From the NCBI GenBank assembly GCA_045863855.1, contig BTVV01000007.1, positions 32,001 through 96,000 of the forward strand: a stretch of DNA of 64,000 bases, in the 5' to 3' direction. The position numbers and the translations under genes are program-made. The notes beneath the pieces were generated by a model. The model did not search any database. It was not told where the DNA came from and saw only the letters and a list, made by a program, of their open reading frames with translations. The stretch comes from Planctomycetota bacterium (GTDB lineage Bacteria > Planctomycetota > SZUA-567 > H5-PLA8). The number at the start of each line of letters is the position of its first letter. The stretch's first letter is position 1. Shown here piece after piece: positions 45,091 to 55,211 of the stretch.

Positions 45091-46101
45091 CTACGCACGC
45101 GGCTTGAACTGCTCGGCTAACATCTCGGCCCAGCGGCGGTTAGAGAACTCGGTTCGGCCGGCGTTGTGCGGCGTGTGAACGACGTTCGGGCGGCCCAGCA
45201 GCGGATCGTCGAGCGGAACGGGTTCGACGTCGAAGACGTCGGCGGCGAGGGCCAGTTCGTCGTTGAGAACGCGCTTACGCAAGGTCGGCATGTGGCAGAT
45301 GTTAGCGCGCGTGACGAGGATGACGAGGCAGCCGCGCGGCAGCGCTTCAATATGCTGCGCCGTGACGAGCCCTTCGGTCTTGGGCGTGAGCGGAACCATG
45401 GGCGCGAAGATCTCGGCGTCCTGGACGAGGCGTTCGAGGTAAAGCTCGCGGCGCGCACCGGTTCGGTGAAAGCACGGCTCAGGCGCGAAGGGGTCCCAGG
45501 CGGCGACGTCGGCGCCGAGGTAATGGCAGGCGCCGGCGTAGCGGCTGGCGATGTTGCCCGCGCCGACGACGCGGACGCGCTTGCCGCAGACGGTTCCGGC
45601 GGTGAAGCGGGCATCGTCGCCGTACTGGCCGCCGCGCATACCGGGCTGCATCTCTTCGAGGGGCGTCGAGTAATGCCAATCCTGGTGAGAGGTTAGAATG
45701 TTGTGGTGGGTTTGCGGAATCCGGCGCAAACCGCAAAGCGTAAGGGCCAACCCGAACTCGCTGACCGATTCGCCCCAGAAACCTTCGCTGGTGTGCTTGC
45801 GGACTTCCACTTTGCGTTCTTGAAGCGCCGTGGCCAGCTCGGGCCTGTCGCCGACGCGTCCGTGGAACTCCTCGAGCTTGGAGAGTTTAGCCAAACACGC
45901 GGGCGTCACTTCGACGTTGAGCGCAATGAGGCGGACGACTTCGCCGGGCTTGGAGAGGATCTCGCCGGCGCAACGCGTATCGTTGTGCTTGAGCCGGTGA
46001 AACTCCACAGGTCCTTGGCTGGCCCAGAGTTGGCGCAGCCAGTCGGCGCTGAAGGGCCAGGAGCGATCGAAGTGCGGATGGACCAGAATGGCGCTGAGCA
46101 T
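45091..46101 (-). CDS. D-isomer-specific 2-hydroxyacid dehydrogenase family protein
   Basis: VVGAGNIA, PLTPKTEGL, ADVFDVEP, NVVHTPHNAG. Confidence 0.85.
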   Translation of the reverse strand: MLSAILVHPHFDRSWPFSADWLRQLWASQGPVEFHRLKHNDTRCAGEILSKPGEVVRLIALNVEVTPACLAKLSKLEEFHGRVGDRPELATALQERKVEVRKHTSEGFWGESVSEFGLALTLCGLRRIPQTHHNILTSHQDWHYSTPLEEMQPGMRGGQYGDDARFTAGTVCGKRVRVVGAGNIASRYAGACHYLGADVAAWDPFAPEPCFHRTGARRELYLERLVQDAEIFAPMVPLTPKTEGLVTAQHIEALPRGCLVILVTRANICHMPTLRKRVLNDELALAADVFDVEPVPLDDPLLGRPNVVHTPHNAGRTEFSNRRWAEMLAEQFKPRA

Positions 46102-46158
46102 GGTAGAGGGGCTCCGAGTTATCGTTTGCGTATGTCCAAACCGTAACGGTTGCGCGCG

Positions 46159-47004
46159 CTAAGCGCGTAACGCCTTGGGCAGCTTGAGTTTCTTGAATTG
46201 CTTGATCTGTTCGGTGATGGCCAGTTCGGTCGGGAGGCGTTCGACGGAGCTGGCACCGTAGAAGCCGTCGACTTGCGGGCAGCGGTCAAGGATGTACGCG
46301 GCGTCTTCAGGCATCGCGATGGGCCCGCCGTGACAGATCACTAAGACATCGTCGCGCAAGGACTTAGCGGTATCGGCAATGGCGCCGACGTCGCGGACGC
46401 AATCGTCGAGCGTGCGGGCGGTCTTCGCGCCGATGCTGCCTTTGGTCGTTAACCCCATATGGGCCACGACGATATCGGCGCCGGCCCGGACCATCTGCTT
46501 GGTCTCGTCGAGGTTGAAGACGTAAGGAGTCGTAAGCAGATCCAATTCTCGAGCGGCGGCGACGCATTCGACTTCCATCGCGTAGCTCATCCCGGTCTCT
46601 TCCAGGTTGGCGCGGAAGACGCCGTCTATAAGTCCAACCGTGGGAAAGTTTTGGATGCCCGCAAAGCCGAGGGCCTTGATCTCCTTCAGGAAGAGGTCGC
46701 GGATCATGAACGGATCGGTTCCACAAACTCCGGCCAGGACTGGAGTTTCACGAACGATGGTGAGGACTTCGTGGGCCATTTCTTTGACGATCTGGTTCGC
46801 GTTGCCGTAGGGCATCAGTCCGGAGAGCGAGCCGCGGCCGGCCATGCGGTAGCGTCCGCTGTTGTAAATCACGATCAGGTCAATACCTCCAGCTTCTTCG
46901 CACTTGGCGGAGATGCCGGTTCCGGCGCCGCCTCCGATAATGGGTTCGCGGCGGGCGACTTTGGCGCGGAGGCGCTTGAGGATCTCGGTGCGAGTGGCGG
47001 GCAT
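46159..47004 (-). CDS. TIM-barrel signal transduction / PEP-hydrolase-like protein (Tm-1 C-terminal-like)
   Basis: [61 protein letters not shown]. Confidence 0.9.
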   Translation of the reverse strand: MPATRTEILKRLRAKVARREPIIGGGAGTGISAKCEEAGGIDLIVIYNSGRYRMAGRGSLSGLMPYGNANQIVKEMAHEVLTIVRETPVLAGVCGTDPFMIRDLFLKEIKALGFAGIQNFPTVGLIDGVFRANLEETGMSYAMEVECVAAARELDLLTTPYVFNLDETKQMVRAGADIVVAHMGLTTKGSIGAKTARTLDDCVRDVGAIADTAKSLRDDVLVICHGGPIAMPEDAAYILDRCPQVDGFYGASSVERLPTELAITEQIKQFKKLKLPKALRA

Positions 47005-47028
47005 GGTATCTCCTTGGATGGTAAAAGG

Positions 47029-48264
47029 TTAGACTTTAAATTCCAGAGCCGTTCCGCGGCAGACTTCGGCGAAGGCGTTCACTAGCGCGCGGGCGAATTC
47101 GGGCGCATTGAGGGCGTGGGGCACTTTGCGGAGCTGGCGATCTTTCGTAAGGTCAAGCTGGGCTTCCAGTTCGGAGATCAGCGCGGCGTCCGCTTCGGGG
47201 TCGTGAAAGGGTTGGCCAGGGGCGTCGAGGAGGCTCACGCCGCCTTCGGGAACCAGTAAGATCAAGGGAGCCTTGGACTTATTGAGCTTCCCGGCGATCC
47301 AGCGCGCGCAGGCGCGGTTCTCGGCGGGGGTGGTGCGCATCAGGGTCACTTGGGCGTTGTGGACGTGTAACTTCCTGTCCTTAAAAGCTTTAGGCACGGT
47401 TTCACGGGCGCCGAAGTTGACCATATCCAGCGCGCCCAAGCTAAGTACGTACGGGATCTGGCGTTCCAGGATTGCGTCGAAGCGTTTGGGGCCGGCCGGA
47501 AAGACGCCGCCGACGACTTCGTCGGCGACTTCGGTGGTCGTAATATCCATAACTCCTTGGATAAGGCCACTTTCCACGAGCTTTTCCATGGCTTGGCCGC
47601 CGCTGCCGGTGGCGTGAAAGGTGAGCGCGTCGAATCCTGCAGCTTCAAGCGCAGCGCGGACTTGTGTGACGCAAGGAGTGGTGACGCCAAACATGGTCAA
47701 CCCGACGGTGGGCTTGCGTTCGCCGGCGGGAAGTTCGGTCTGGACCATGCCCGCTATTGCATGTGCTGCATTGCCAAGGACTTGCCTGGATACGGCGTTG
47801 AGGCCGGCGACGTCGACGACGCTGTATAGCATCGCGATATCGCATTCGCCGACGTACGGTTTGGTGTTACCGCTGGCCACGGTAGATACCATAAGTTTAG
47901 GCATGCCAATGGGTAACGCGCGCATGGCGGGGGCGATCAGGGCCGTGCCGCCGGAGCCGCCCAGACCGATCACACCGGCGAGTTTGCCGGCTTCGTGTTC
48001 GCGCTTGAGGAACGCAACCAAGGCTTCGCTCATCGCTGTAACCGCTTGTCCTCGATCGGTTTGCCCAAGCACGTGGCGTTCGCCCTGGGGGTGGCAGCGG
48101 GCCACGGCTTCGCGCGGGATGTCGGGCGAGACGGCCGGCGCGGCGAGGGTTCCGAGGTCTACGGTGACTGCTTTCGATCCTGCAACTCTAATCCGTTGAG
48201 CCACATAGGCGTTTTCAAGGCCCTTGCTGTCCATCGTCGCGAGGGCATAGATAGCACGTCCCAC
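47029..48264 (-). CDS. Tm-1-like ATP-binding domain protein (UPF0261)
   Basis: TMDSKG, GGSGGT, PKLMVSTVASG, TMFGVTT, FHATGSGG, GALDMVNFG, HNAQVTLMRT; GTG start after AAAGGAG. Confidence 0.92.
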   Translation of the reverse strand: MGRAIYALATMDSKGLENAYVAQRIRVAGSKAVTVDLGTLAAPAVSPDIPREAVARCHPQGERHVLGQTDRGQAVTAMSEALVAFLKREHEAGKLAGVIGLGGSGGTALIAPAMRALPIGMPKLMVSTVASGNTKPYVGECDIAMLYSVVDVAGLNAVSRQVLGNAAHAIAGMVQTELPAGERKPTVGLTMFGVTTPCVTQVRAALEAAGFDALTFHATGSGGQAMEKLVESGLIQGVMDITTTEVADEVVGGVFPAGPKRFDAILERQIPYVLSLGALDMVNFGARETVPKAFKDRKLHVHNAQVTLMRTTPAENRACARWIAGKLNKSKAPLILLVPEGGVSLLDAPGQPFHDPEADAALISELEAQLDLTKDRQLRKVPHALNAPEFARALVNAFAEVCRGTALEFKV

Positions 48265-48305
48265 GGGCGCCTCCTTTATAGGTGCGGCTTACGGGTGGAG
48301 GCGTG

Positions 48306-48320
48306 GCATTTGGAGGGCCA
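48306..48320 (-). promoter_or_regulatory. sigma54 -24/-12 promoter of the Tm-1-like operon
   Basis: Minus strand TGGCCCTCCAAATGC = GG-N10-GC, 42 nt upstream of the start; adjacent GAFTGA activator. Confidence 0.75.
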
Positions 48321-48397
48321 TAGGTGCAGAAAAGTGGAGATATCTGCTAACTGAATGGGGCTTAAAGGGTAGTCCAAAACCACCCATGGTGCTCTAA

Positions 48398-48460
48398 GTG
48401 TAAAGTTGTAAAGCATAAGTGTAAAGTGTAAAGCTAGCTTTACACTTTACTTTACACTTT
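48398..48460. promoter_or_regulatory. Candidate enhancer (UAS) array of TGTAAAG/CTTTAC(A) motifs
   Basis: Perfect 30-bp palindrome GTAAAGTGTAAAGCTAGCTTTACACTTTAC (48421-48450) plus flanking half-sites. Confidence 0.75.
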
Positions 48461-48676
48461 ATTTTTCGATCATCGCGCGTACATTAAGATCCCATTTTGC
48501 ACATTGCGAGGCTGGGGTTCTAGCGGTCGTTGGGGCCGCCCCTCCAGGGCGGGGGTTTGGGGGGTGAGTTCGGTTCTAACGAAGGTCGCCCCGTTGGCGC
48601 GAGGGCGGAAGCGAGCATTATGTGTTGTTGTTGATTCTTACGAGATCGAGTTCGGGAAGAGGGAGAAGCGCGGACG

Positions 48677-50818
48677 ATGCTGCGGGAACGATTGGATCAG
48701 CCGGCGGGGGCGCGGGAGCCGTTGATCGCGGTGGTGGCGGGATCGGGGTTGATCGCGCGGACGGCGGCGGCGAATGGGGCGGACGTGCTGATGGTCCTGA
48801 ACGCGGGGCTGTACCGGCACCTCGGCGCGGGTTCGCTGGCTTCGTTCCTCCCTTTCGGCGATCCGAACGTGCAGACGCTGGGGTTGCTGCGCGAGCAGGT
48901 TTTGCCGCGGGCGAGCGGGTGCCCGGTGGTGGCGGGGGTCTGGGCCGGGGACGCCGCGTTCGAGACGGACCGGCACCTCGATACGCTTTGCGAGCTGGGC
49001 GTGAGCGGCGTGACGAACTGGCCGGCGCTGGGCTTCACGGACGGTTCGCTGCGCGCGCAGTTCGAGGCCGACGGTTGGTCGCTGGAGCGCGAGCGGGCGA
49101 TGCTGGAACGGGCCGGCGCGAAGGGGCTGATCCGCTTCGCGTTCGTCTTCGACCGCGAGCAAGCTCGCGCGTGCGCCGAACTGGGGGTGGAAGCGCTGGT
49201 GCTGAACCTGGGGCTGACGCGCGCGGCGGACGATCTGCGCGAGCGGCGCGACCGGGTGCAGCACGCGCTGCGGCAGTTGAACGAACTGGTGGCGGGGGCT
49301 CGGGCGGCGGGCCGGACGCCGTGGACGCTGGTTTTCGGCGGGCCGGTGACGGCGCCGGAGGATCTGGAGCCGTTTTTCCGGCACGGCGGGATCGACGGGT
49401 TCGCGGGCGGTTCGGTCTTCGAGCGGCTGCCGGTGGAGGCGATCGTAGCTTCGACGGTGCGGCGCTTCAAAGGCGCGGCGGCGCGTCCGGGGCGCGGGGA
49501 GGCGCGCGGGCTGGGCGAACTGCTGGGCAAGAGCGCTCCGATGCTGGAGCTGTTCGCGCGGCTCAAGCGCGTCGCGCCGCACGACGTCAACGTCCTGATC
49601 GAAGGCGAGTCGGGGACGGGTAAGGAACTGATCGCGACGCAGCTTCACGCGCTGAGTCCGCGGCGGAGCCAGGCGTTCGTGACGCTGAATTGCGGCGCGA
49701 TTCCGGACAGCTTATTGGAGAGCGAGTTCTTCGGGCACGAAAAGGGCGCGTTCACCGGCGCGGACCGGCGGCGCATGGGCAAGTTCGAACTCGCGCACCG
49801 CGGGACGCTGTTTCTGGACGAGATCGCGGACTTGAGCATGCACGGGCAGGTGGCGCTATTGCGCGTCCTGCAGCAGCGCGAGATCGTGCGCGTGGGCGGC
49901 GACGAGGCGATTCCCGCCGACGTGCGCGTGGTCGCGGCGAGCAACCGGGCGCTGGCGGAACTGGTGCGGACGGGCGCGTTCCGCGAGGATCTGTACTTCC
50001 GGCTGAATCCGATCACGCTGACCGCTCCGCCATTGCGCGAGCGGCTGGCCGACCTGCCGCTGCTGGTCGACGCGCAGTTGGCTCGTCTGAAGGCGCAGTT
50101 GGGCAAAGAGCTGCTGGGATTAAGCGCCGGTTTTTACGATCAATTGGCGGCGCATGCGTGGCCGGGGAACGTGCGCGAGCTGCAGCAAGTGCTGACGCAG
50201 GCGGCGCTGCTGGAGGACGGCCCGGTGCTGGAGGGCCGCGAGTTCGCGCCGGTGGCGGCGGTCGTGGCGCACGGCACCCCCCCTACCCCCCCTTGGCAGG
50301 GGGGGAGAAGTGCCACGGCGCACGGCACAGCGCAGGGCACCCCCCCTACCCCCCCTTGGCAGGGGGGGAGAAGTGCCACGGCGCACGGCACGGCGCAGGG
50401 CACTCCCCCTACTTCCCCTGGGCAGGGAGGGAGAACGGGTGCGGGTGGCTCCCCCGCCCTCGCTCCGGCCGGCGGCGCGGCGACGCCGGCGGCAGGCGCG
50501 GTCACGAAGCTGGACGGCTCGCCGCTGGGGCCGTGGGTGCAGGATCATACGAAAGCGGGCGTGAGCCGGGACGAGTGGCAGCAGCTCGACGCGATTGGGC
50601 GCTGGCATTTGCTGCGCGGGGAGGCCACGGACGCGCAGCGCTGGGAAGCCATCGAGGTGGCGATGGTCCTGACGCGCGGGAATAAAGCGGTGGCGGCGGA
50701 GATGCTGAAGGTCTCGCGCCCGACGCTGTACGCGTGGCTGCGGGAGATCGGCGCGGCCGACGCGATTACGGCTCGCCGGGAGCGGCGGCGGTTGCGGCGG
50801 AGGAGGAGGAAGAGCTAG
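48677..50818 (+). CDS. sigma54-dependent enhancer-binding protein with N-terminal PEP-hydrolase-like TIM barrel and Fis-type HTH
   Basis: N-terminal [86 protein letters not shown]. Confidence 0.93.
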   Translation: MLRERLDQPAGAREPLIAVVAGSGLIARTAAANGADVLMVLNAGLYRHLGAGSLASFLPFGDPNVQTLGLLREQVLPRASGCPVVAGVWAGDAAFETDRHLDTLCELGVSGVTNWPALGFTDGSLRAQFEADGWSLERERAMLERAGAKGLIRFAFVFDREQARACAELGVEALVLNLGLTRAADDLRERRDRVQHALRQLNELVAGARAAGRTPWTLVFGGPVTAPEDLEPFFRHGGIDGFAGGSVFERLPVEAIVASTVRRFKGAAARPGRGEARGLGELLGKSAPMLELFARLKRVAPHDVNVLIEGESGTGKELIATQLHALSPRRSQAFVTLNCGAIPDSLLESEFFGHEKGAFTGADRRRMGKFELAHRGTLFLDEIADLSMHGQVALLRVLQQREIVRVGGDEAIPADVRVVAASNRALAELVRTGAFREDLYFRLNPITLTAPPLRERLADLPLLVDAQLARLKAQLGKELLGLSAGFYDQLAAHAWPGNVRELQQVLTQAALLEDGPVLEGREFAPVAAVVAHGTPPTPPWQGGRSATAHGTAQGTPPTPPWQGGRSATAHGTAQGTPPTSPGQGGRTGAGGSPALAPAGGAATPAAGAVTKLDGSPLGPWVQDHTKAGVSRDEWQQLDAIGRWHLLRGEATDAQRWEAIEVAMVLTRGNKAVAAEMLKVSRPTLYAWLREIGAADAITARRERRRLRRRRRKS
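50273..50435 (+). repeat. In-frame 63-bp tandem repeat (about 2.6 copies) with poly-C/poly-G hairpin
   Basis: Units start at 50273, 50336, 50399; encode [21 protein letters not shown]. Confidence 0.9.
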
Positions 50819-50889
50819 AGGTTTTCGATTTTGGAATTTGAATTTGGATTAAAGGGCTGGGGGTTCGGCGCGGTTTATGGCGGAGCGGT

Positions 50890-51573
50890 ATGACCGAAGA
50901 GGGTAATGCCAAGCCGGCGTGGGAGCGGTCGCCTGTGCGTGTGGTGACGGTGCTGGTGGTGTTGGTTTCGGTGGGTGTGCTTTGGGAGATCAATACTGCG
51001 GAAGTAAAGCATTACAAAATTTCATTTGAGCCAGGTCTTACTATTCGAACCACCGGTTGGCCGGCAGACTATGTTCGAGTCATGACAACGTGGCCTCACG
51101 GTGAAGTCACCTATTGGCTCCCCACCGGCATTCTGATTAATTGCTTGGTTGCGCTGGGCTATCTTTTTGCCATGGGTCTATCCATGGAATGGTGGTTGCG
51201 TTGCAGGCCGATCAACGCAGAAGGTTGGCCAACCTTTCGCGTGCCTGTTGCGGCTTCCTTCCGACTTTTACAGATGCGGCTCAGCACACTGCTCGTGGCG
51301 ATGCTTATCGCGGGCGTGTTGCTTGGTCTCCAAACAATTAGGACTGTTAGGGTTCTGAGTATAGATGACGACGTAACAAGCATGGGCTGGCCCTTGCCGG
51401 CCATACTCGAAATCAGTCGCATGGGCGGGATGGCGAACCTATGGCAATTTGATTTCTGGAGCCTAGCTGCAAATGGGTGGTTTGGCTTTGGGCTGTTGTT
51501 CATCGGTGCATCGGTGTGGGAGATGGGTTGCGCGCGGCGGGAGTTTCTGGCGAAGGCGAAGGGCGATGCGTGA
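50890..51573 (+). CDS. Hypothetical membrane protein with internal duplication (TM-GWP-TM twice)
   Basis: Four hydrophobic helices, two GWP motifs, LQMRLSTLLV; lower GC than flanks. Confidence 0.65.
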   Translation: MTEEGNAKPAWERSPVRVVTVLVVLVSVGVLWEINTAEVKHYKISFEPGLTIRTTGWPADYVRVMTTWPHGEVTYWLPTGILINCLVALGYLFAMGLSMEWWLRCRPINAEGWPTFRVPVAASFRLLQMRLSTLLVAMLIAGVLLGLQTIRTVRVLSIDDDVTSMGWPLPAILEISRMGGMANLWQFDFWSLAANGWFGFGLLFIGASVWEMGCARREFLAKAKGDA

Positions 51574-51636
51574 TTCGTAAAGCGTGGCTTGTGCGCACTG
51601 AAAGACGATGGGGCTCGTTCGGATAAGCAGAGCGGT

Positions 51637-52575
51637 TCAGCGGCGCTTGGCGGCCTGGGGCGCGGGGATGGGTTTGCCGAAGTTGAGGACGGCTTCTTTC
51701 TTTCCGCTGACGAATTCGAGATGGACGTTGCGGTTGTCCATGAGGACTTGCGCGGTGGCTTGGCCTTTGAACTCGCCTTGGTGGCAGCCGACCAGAACGG
51801 GTCCGGGCTTGAGCGGGAAGGCGAAGCCGCCGCAGACGAAGGTCTTGACGTTTTGGCCGCCGCCGGCGACGGTCACGCCGCCTAAGCCTTCGCCGGGGTC
51901 GTAGGCTCCGTTGGCGTTCTTGTCGTCGTAGACGACGCCGGTGACGAAGGCTTCGGGCTTATCGGTGCGGGCGGTATGGATGGTGTAATAGGCCGCGTAA
52001 ACCGCTCCGTCGGCCGGCGCGGGAATGACGGCGCCCACGCCCACTTCGAGCGCGGAATCGTGGTTGGGCACCATGCCCAGCAGGTGCTTGCGGTGGCCCA
52101 GCGAGGGCACCCCTTCGTCCACGATCAGTCGCTTGAGGGCATCGGCGGGCAAGACATCGCCACCCGAACAGGATTCGATGTTGTTGTCCGCCAGCTTGCT
52201 GCCAAACGATGCGGCGAGTTTGTACCCCGATTCGCGGGCATGCCGGTTGGGGCCGACGCCGTCGGGATCCGTGTGCCCAAAATACCGGCGCTTGGCCTGG
52301 TCTCCCGCTCGGAAGCGAGCGGACGCGGTCAGTTCCTTATTGAGCGCCAGCGGGGGGCGCGGGATCACCTGATCCAGATTCAGCCCGATGGACTTTCCGT
52401 ACGCGGGCGGATCGTGGCGGGCCTTGTTGAGCAGGTAAATAAAAAGCTGCTCGTCCTGGGTCGGTTCGACGCCCTCGCGCTTGACCTGCACGGATTCGGG
52501 GGCCGCCGCGGACCGCGCATGCGCCCCGAAACTCAAGAGACCCGCTAGCACGCAAAGCAGAATGCGCATCGGCAT
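51637..52575 (-). CDS. Secreted CAP (SCP-like) domain protein
   Basis: LLNKARHDP, YFGHTDPDG, LIVDEGVPSLGHRKHLL, TGVVYDDKNANGAYDPGEGL. Confidence 0.85.
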   Translation of the reverse strand: MPMRILLCVLAGLLSFGAHARSAAAPESVQVKREGVEPTQDEQLFIYLLNKARHDPPAYGKSIGLNLDQVIPRPPLALNKELTASARFRAGDQAKRRYFGHTDPDGVGPNRHARESGYKLAASFGSKLADNNIESCSGGDVLPADALKRLIVDEGVPSLGHRKHLLGMVPNHDSALEVGVGAVIPAPADGAVYAAYYTIHTARTDKPEAFVTGVVYDDKNANGAYDPGEGLGGVTVAGGGQNVKTFVCGGFAFPLKPGPVLVGCHQGEFKGQATAQVLMDNRNVHLEFVSGKKEAVLNFGKPIPAPQAAKRR

Positions 52576-52632
52576 GGCGACCTCGTTCCACCGTCTCGTG
52601 CCAAGATAATAATATAAAACAGCGTACAAGCA

Positions 52633-53793
52633 TCAGTCCGGATTGCTACCGAAGGCGCTGGGACGGTTCGCAAAGCCGGCGAGTTGGGAGAGGACGGCGG
52701 CGATTTCGGCGGGGGTGGTTTCGCGGCCGAGGGAGAAGCGGACGGCGCCGCGGCCGATCTGGGGGTCCACGCCCATGGCTTCGAGGACGGGCGAGAGTTT
52801 GACCGAGCCGCTGTGGCAGGCGCTGCCGGTGGTGGCGGCGGCGCCATCGAGGGCCGCCAGCACGCCGGCTCCCGTGCACCCCGCGAACGATACGTTCAGC
52901 GTATTGGGCAGCCGCGCTTCGGGATGGCCGTTGAGGACGATCTTCGCGCCGAAGATCTCGTTCAAACCTGTCCAAAGCTGCTCGCGCAGCGCGCGGACTT
53001 CGTTCATGCGCGGAAGCCAGGCTTGAGCGAGTTCGCAGGCGGCGCCTAGGGCGACGTTGAGGAGCACGTTCTCGGTTCCTGCGCGGCGGCCGGCTTCGTG
53101 CCCGGCTCCGTGGACGAGCGGCTCGAGCGCCACGCCCCCGCGGATGTAGAGCGCTCCGACGCCCTTCGGCGCGTAGAGCTTGTGCCCGGCGACGCTGAGC
53201 AGGTCCACCTTCAGGTCATCGACCTTCGCGGGAACTTTGCCGACGGATTGCGCGGCGTCGGTGTGGAACGGCACGCCTGCGGCGCGGCAGAGTGTCCCGA
53301 TTTCGGCGATGGGCTGAAGCGTACCGACCTCGTTGTTCGCGTGCATGATGCTGACGAGCGCCACGCCGCCGCGGGCGAGTTCGCGTTCGACGGCGGCCGG
53401 ATCGATCCGCGCGTGGCGATCGACGGGGACGACGGCGACTTCGGCTCCGAGCCGTTCGAGGAAGCGCGCGGGCTGGACGACGGCCGGGTGTTCGACGGCG
53501 GAGAGGACGATGCGCGTGCGGCGCGGATCGCGGCGGGCATCGAACCAGCATCCTTTAATTGCGTGGTTGTTGGCTTCGCTGCCGCCGGCGGTGAAGACGA
53601 TCTCGCCGGGCTGCGCGCCGAGGAGGGCGGCGACTTGCGCGCGGGCGCGTTCGAGCGCTTGCTTGGCCGGCGCGCTGGCCCAATGGCCGCTGGACGGATT
53701 GCCGTAGTGTTCGGCCAGGAACGGGGCCATGGCGGCGCGGACTTCGGGCGCGATGGGCGTGCTGGCGTTGTAGTCGAGGTAGATGCGGGGCAT
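52633..53793 (-). CDS. iscS: Cysteine desulfurase (NifS/IscS family)
   Basis: IYLDYNASTP, YGNPSS, MHANNEVG, HTDAAQ, GHKLYAPKG, GSACHSG; start ATG 53793. Confidence 0.92.
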   Translation of the reverse strand: MPRIYLDYNASTPIAPEVRAAMAPFLAEHYGNPSSGHWASAPAKQALERARAQVAALLGAQPGEIVFTAGGSEANNHAIKGCWFDARRDPRRTRIVLSAVEHPAVVQPARFLERLGAEVAVVPVDRHARIDPAAVERELARGGVALVSIMHANNEVGTLQPIAEIGTLCRAAGVPFHTDAAQSVGKVPAKVDDLKVDLLSVAGHKLYAPKGVGALYIRGGVALEPLVHGAGHEAGRRAGTENVLLNVALGAACELAQAWLPRMNEVRALREQLWTGLNEIFGAKIVLNGHPEARLPNTLNVSFAGCTGAGVLAALDGAAATTGSACHSGSVKLSPVLEAMGVDPQIGRGAVRFSLGRETTPAEIAAVLSQLAGFANRPSAFGSNPD

Positions 53794-53867
53794 GCGGGGA
53801 GTATAGCGGGGAACGGTGCACGTTGAACAGTAAACGGAGCGCGGCAGGGGCTGGGGAATCCATGGAT

Positions 53868-55211
53868 TCAGGGTTCTTCTTGAGGCGCGGAGGGCATGTT
53901 GGTTCCGGTGCGGAGGTGCTGGGTGTGCCAGCGTTTCCAGGCGGGGAGATCGGGGCCGAGGCGCAGGCCGGTGACGAATTCGAGCGCGGCGAGGAGTTCG
54001 GGTTCCAGGTTCAGTTCGGGGCAGTCGAGAAGCTTGAGCAGATCGGGGACGCTCGCCATGCCGCGCGTGCGTAACCGGGCTCGCGCGCGGCGTGAAATTT
54101 CGGAGCCGGGTTCGGGCGCGTTGAGATCCCAGACATCGAGGAGCACGCGGGCGAGGCGGCCGGCTTCGGGTTCGGGCAGCGCGGCCGGTGCGAAGGGCGC
54201 CGGCCCTTCGAGGGCCTGGAGCAATCGGCGCGAAGCGGTTGCGACGCGGTAGCTGCGGTGTTCGCGGCTTTCTTCGAGCATGGGGCGGACGCGTGCTCCG
54301 CAGCGGAGCAGGACGCGTTCGAGGGATTCGGCGTAGGCGGGGCTGGGAAAGAGGTCGATGCGCACGTCGGCCGCGTATTTCGCCACGTATTCGCGCTGCG
54401 CGTGGGCCGCGGCGTCCTCTTTGCGGCGCAGATCGCGGAAGGCGGCGTAGAGCTCGGTGTCGCGGTAAGTGGCGTCTTCGCGGCTGAGCTTCTCGGCGAG
54501 GCGGGGGATCCAGCGGCTGTCGCGCGGCGCGGGGGCTCGCGGGAGGCGCGCGCGCAGCATGGGCCGATGCACGAGGCCGTCGCCGGAAGCGATGTCCATG
54601 CGCGTGGCGGGGTCGCTCTGGATGGGCACCGGCAGTTCGTAGAGCAGCGCATACCACGCGGCGCGGAGTTCGTCGCGAAAGAGTTCTTCCGCGGTGGGGA
54701 GCGGCGGCACCCAGGCGGGGAAGACGGCGCGGGCCTGGCGCTGCAACGCGGCTTCGGCGCTTTGCAGATCCATGCGCGCGGCGGCGAGGGCTTCGAGTGC
54801 GCCGCGGCGTTCGGCGGTATCGAAGCGCAGTTCGTTGAGCCAGGCGCACCAGACGGGCTGGGCGGCATCGGCGGCGATCTCGACGAGCGCGGCTTCGGCG
54901 AAGGCGCGGGCCTGTTCGCGCCCGGATTCGGATTGCATCCACGGCGGCGAATCGGGCGCGAAGTTGTAGGGATCGACGTAGCGCAGGATGTCGAGGAGAT
55001 CCTGGATCACGGCGATCAGGAGCATGGAGTCCTGGCGTTCGGCGATTTCGAGCTTCAGCTTGCGCCAGGCGGCGGGCAGGTTGGCGTCGCGGAAGCGCCC
55101 GCCGTGGAAGCCGCAGGCATCGCACGGGCGCGGCGTGGAGACGGCCGCCAGTCCGGCCAGCGCCGCGGCGAGCACGAGGCCGCGGACGATGCGATTCGGC
55201 ACTGGGCGCAT
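53868..55211 (-). CDS. Hypothetical secreted helical protein
   Basis: AAAGGAG RBS, signal peptide, CDACGFH, HEAT-like C-terminus (ALEFVTG..W.RW). Confidence 0.65.
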   Translation of the reverse strand: MRPVPNRIVRGLVLAAALAGLAAVSTPRPCDACGFHGGRFRDANLPAAWRKLKLEIAERQDSMLLIAVIQDLLDILRYVDPYNFAPDSPPWMQSESGREQARAFAEAALVEIAADAAQPVWCAWLNELRFDTAERRGALEALAAARMDLQSAEAALQRQARAVFPAWVPPLPTAEELFRDELRAAWYALLYELPVPIQSDPATRMDIASGDGLVHRPMLRARLPRAPAPRDSRWIPRLAEKLSREDATYRDTELYAAFRDLRRKEDAAAHAQREYVAKYAADVRIDLFPSPAYAESLERVLLRCGARVRPMLEESREHRSYRVATASRRLLQALEGPAPFAPAALPEPEAGRLARVLLDVWDLNAPEPGSEISRRARARLRTRGMASVPDLLKLLDCPELNLEPELLAALEFVTGLRLGPDLPAWKRWHTQHLRTGTNMPSAPQEEP

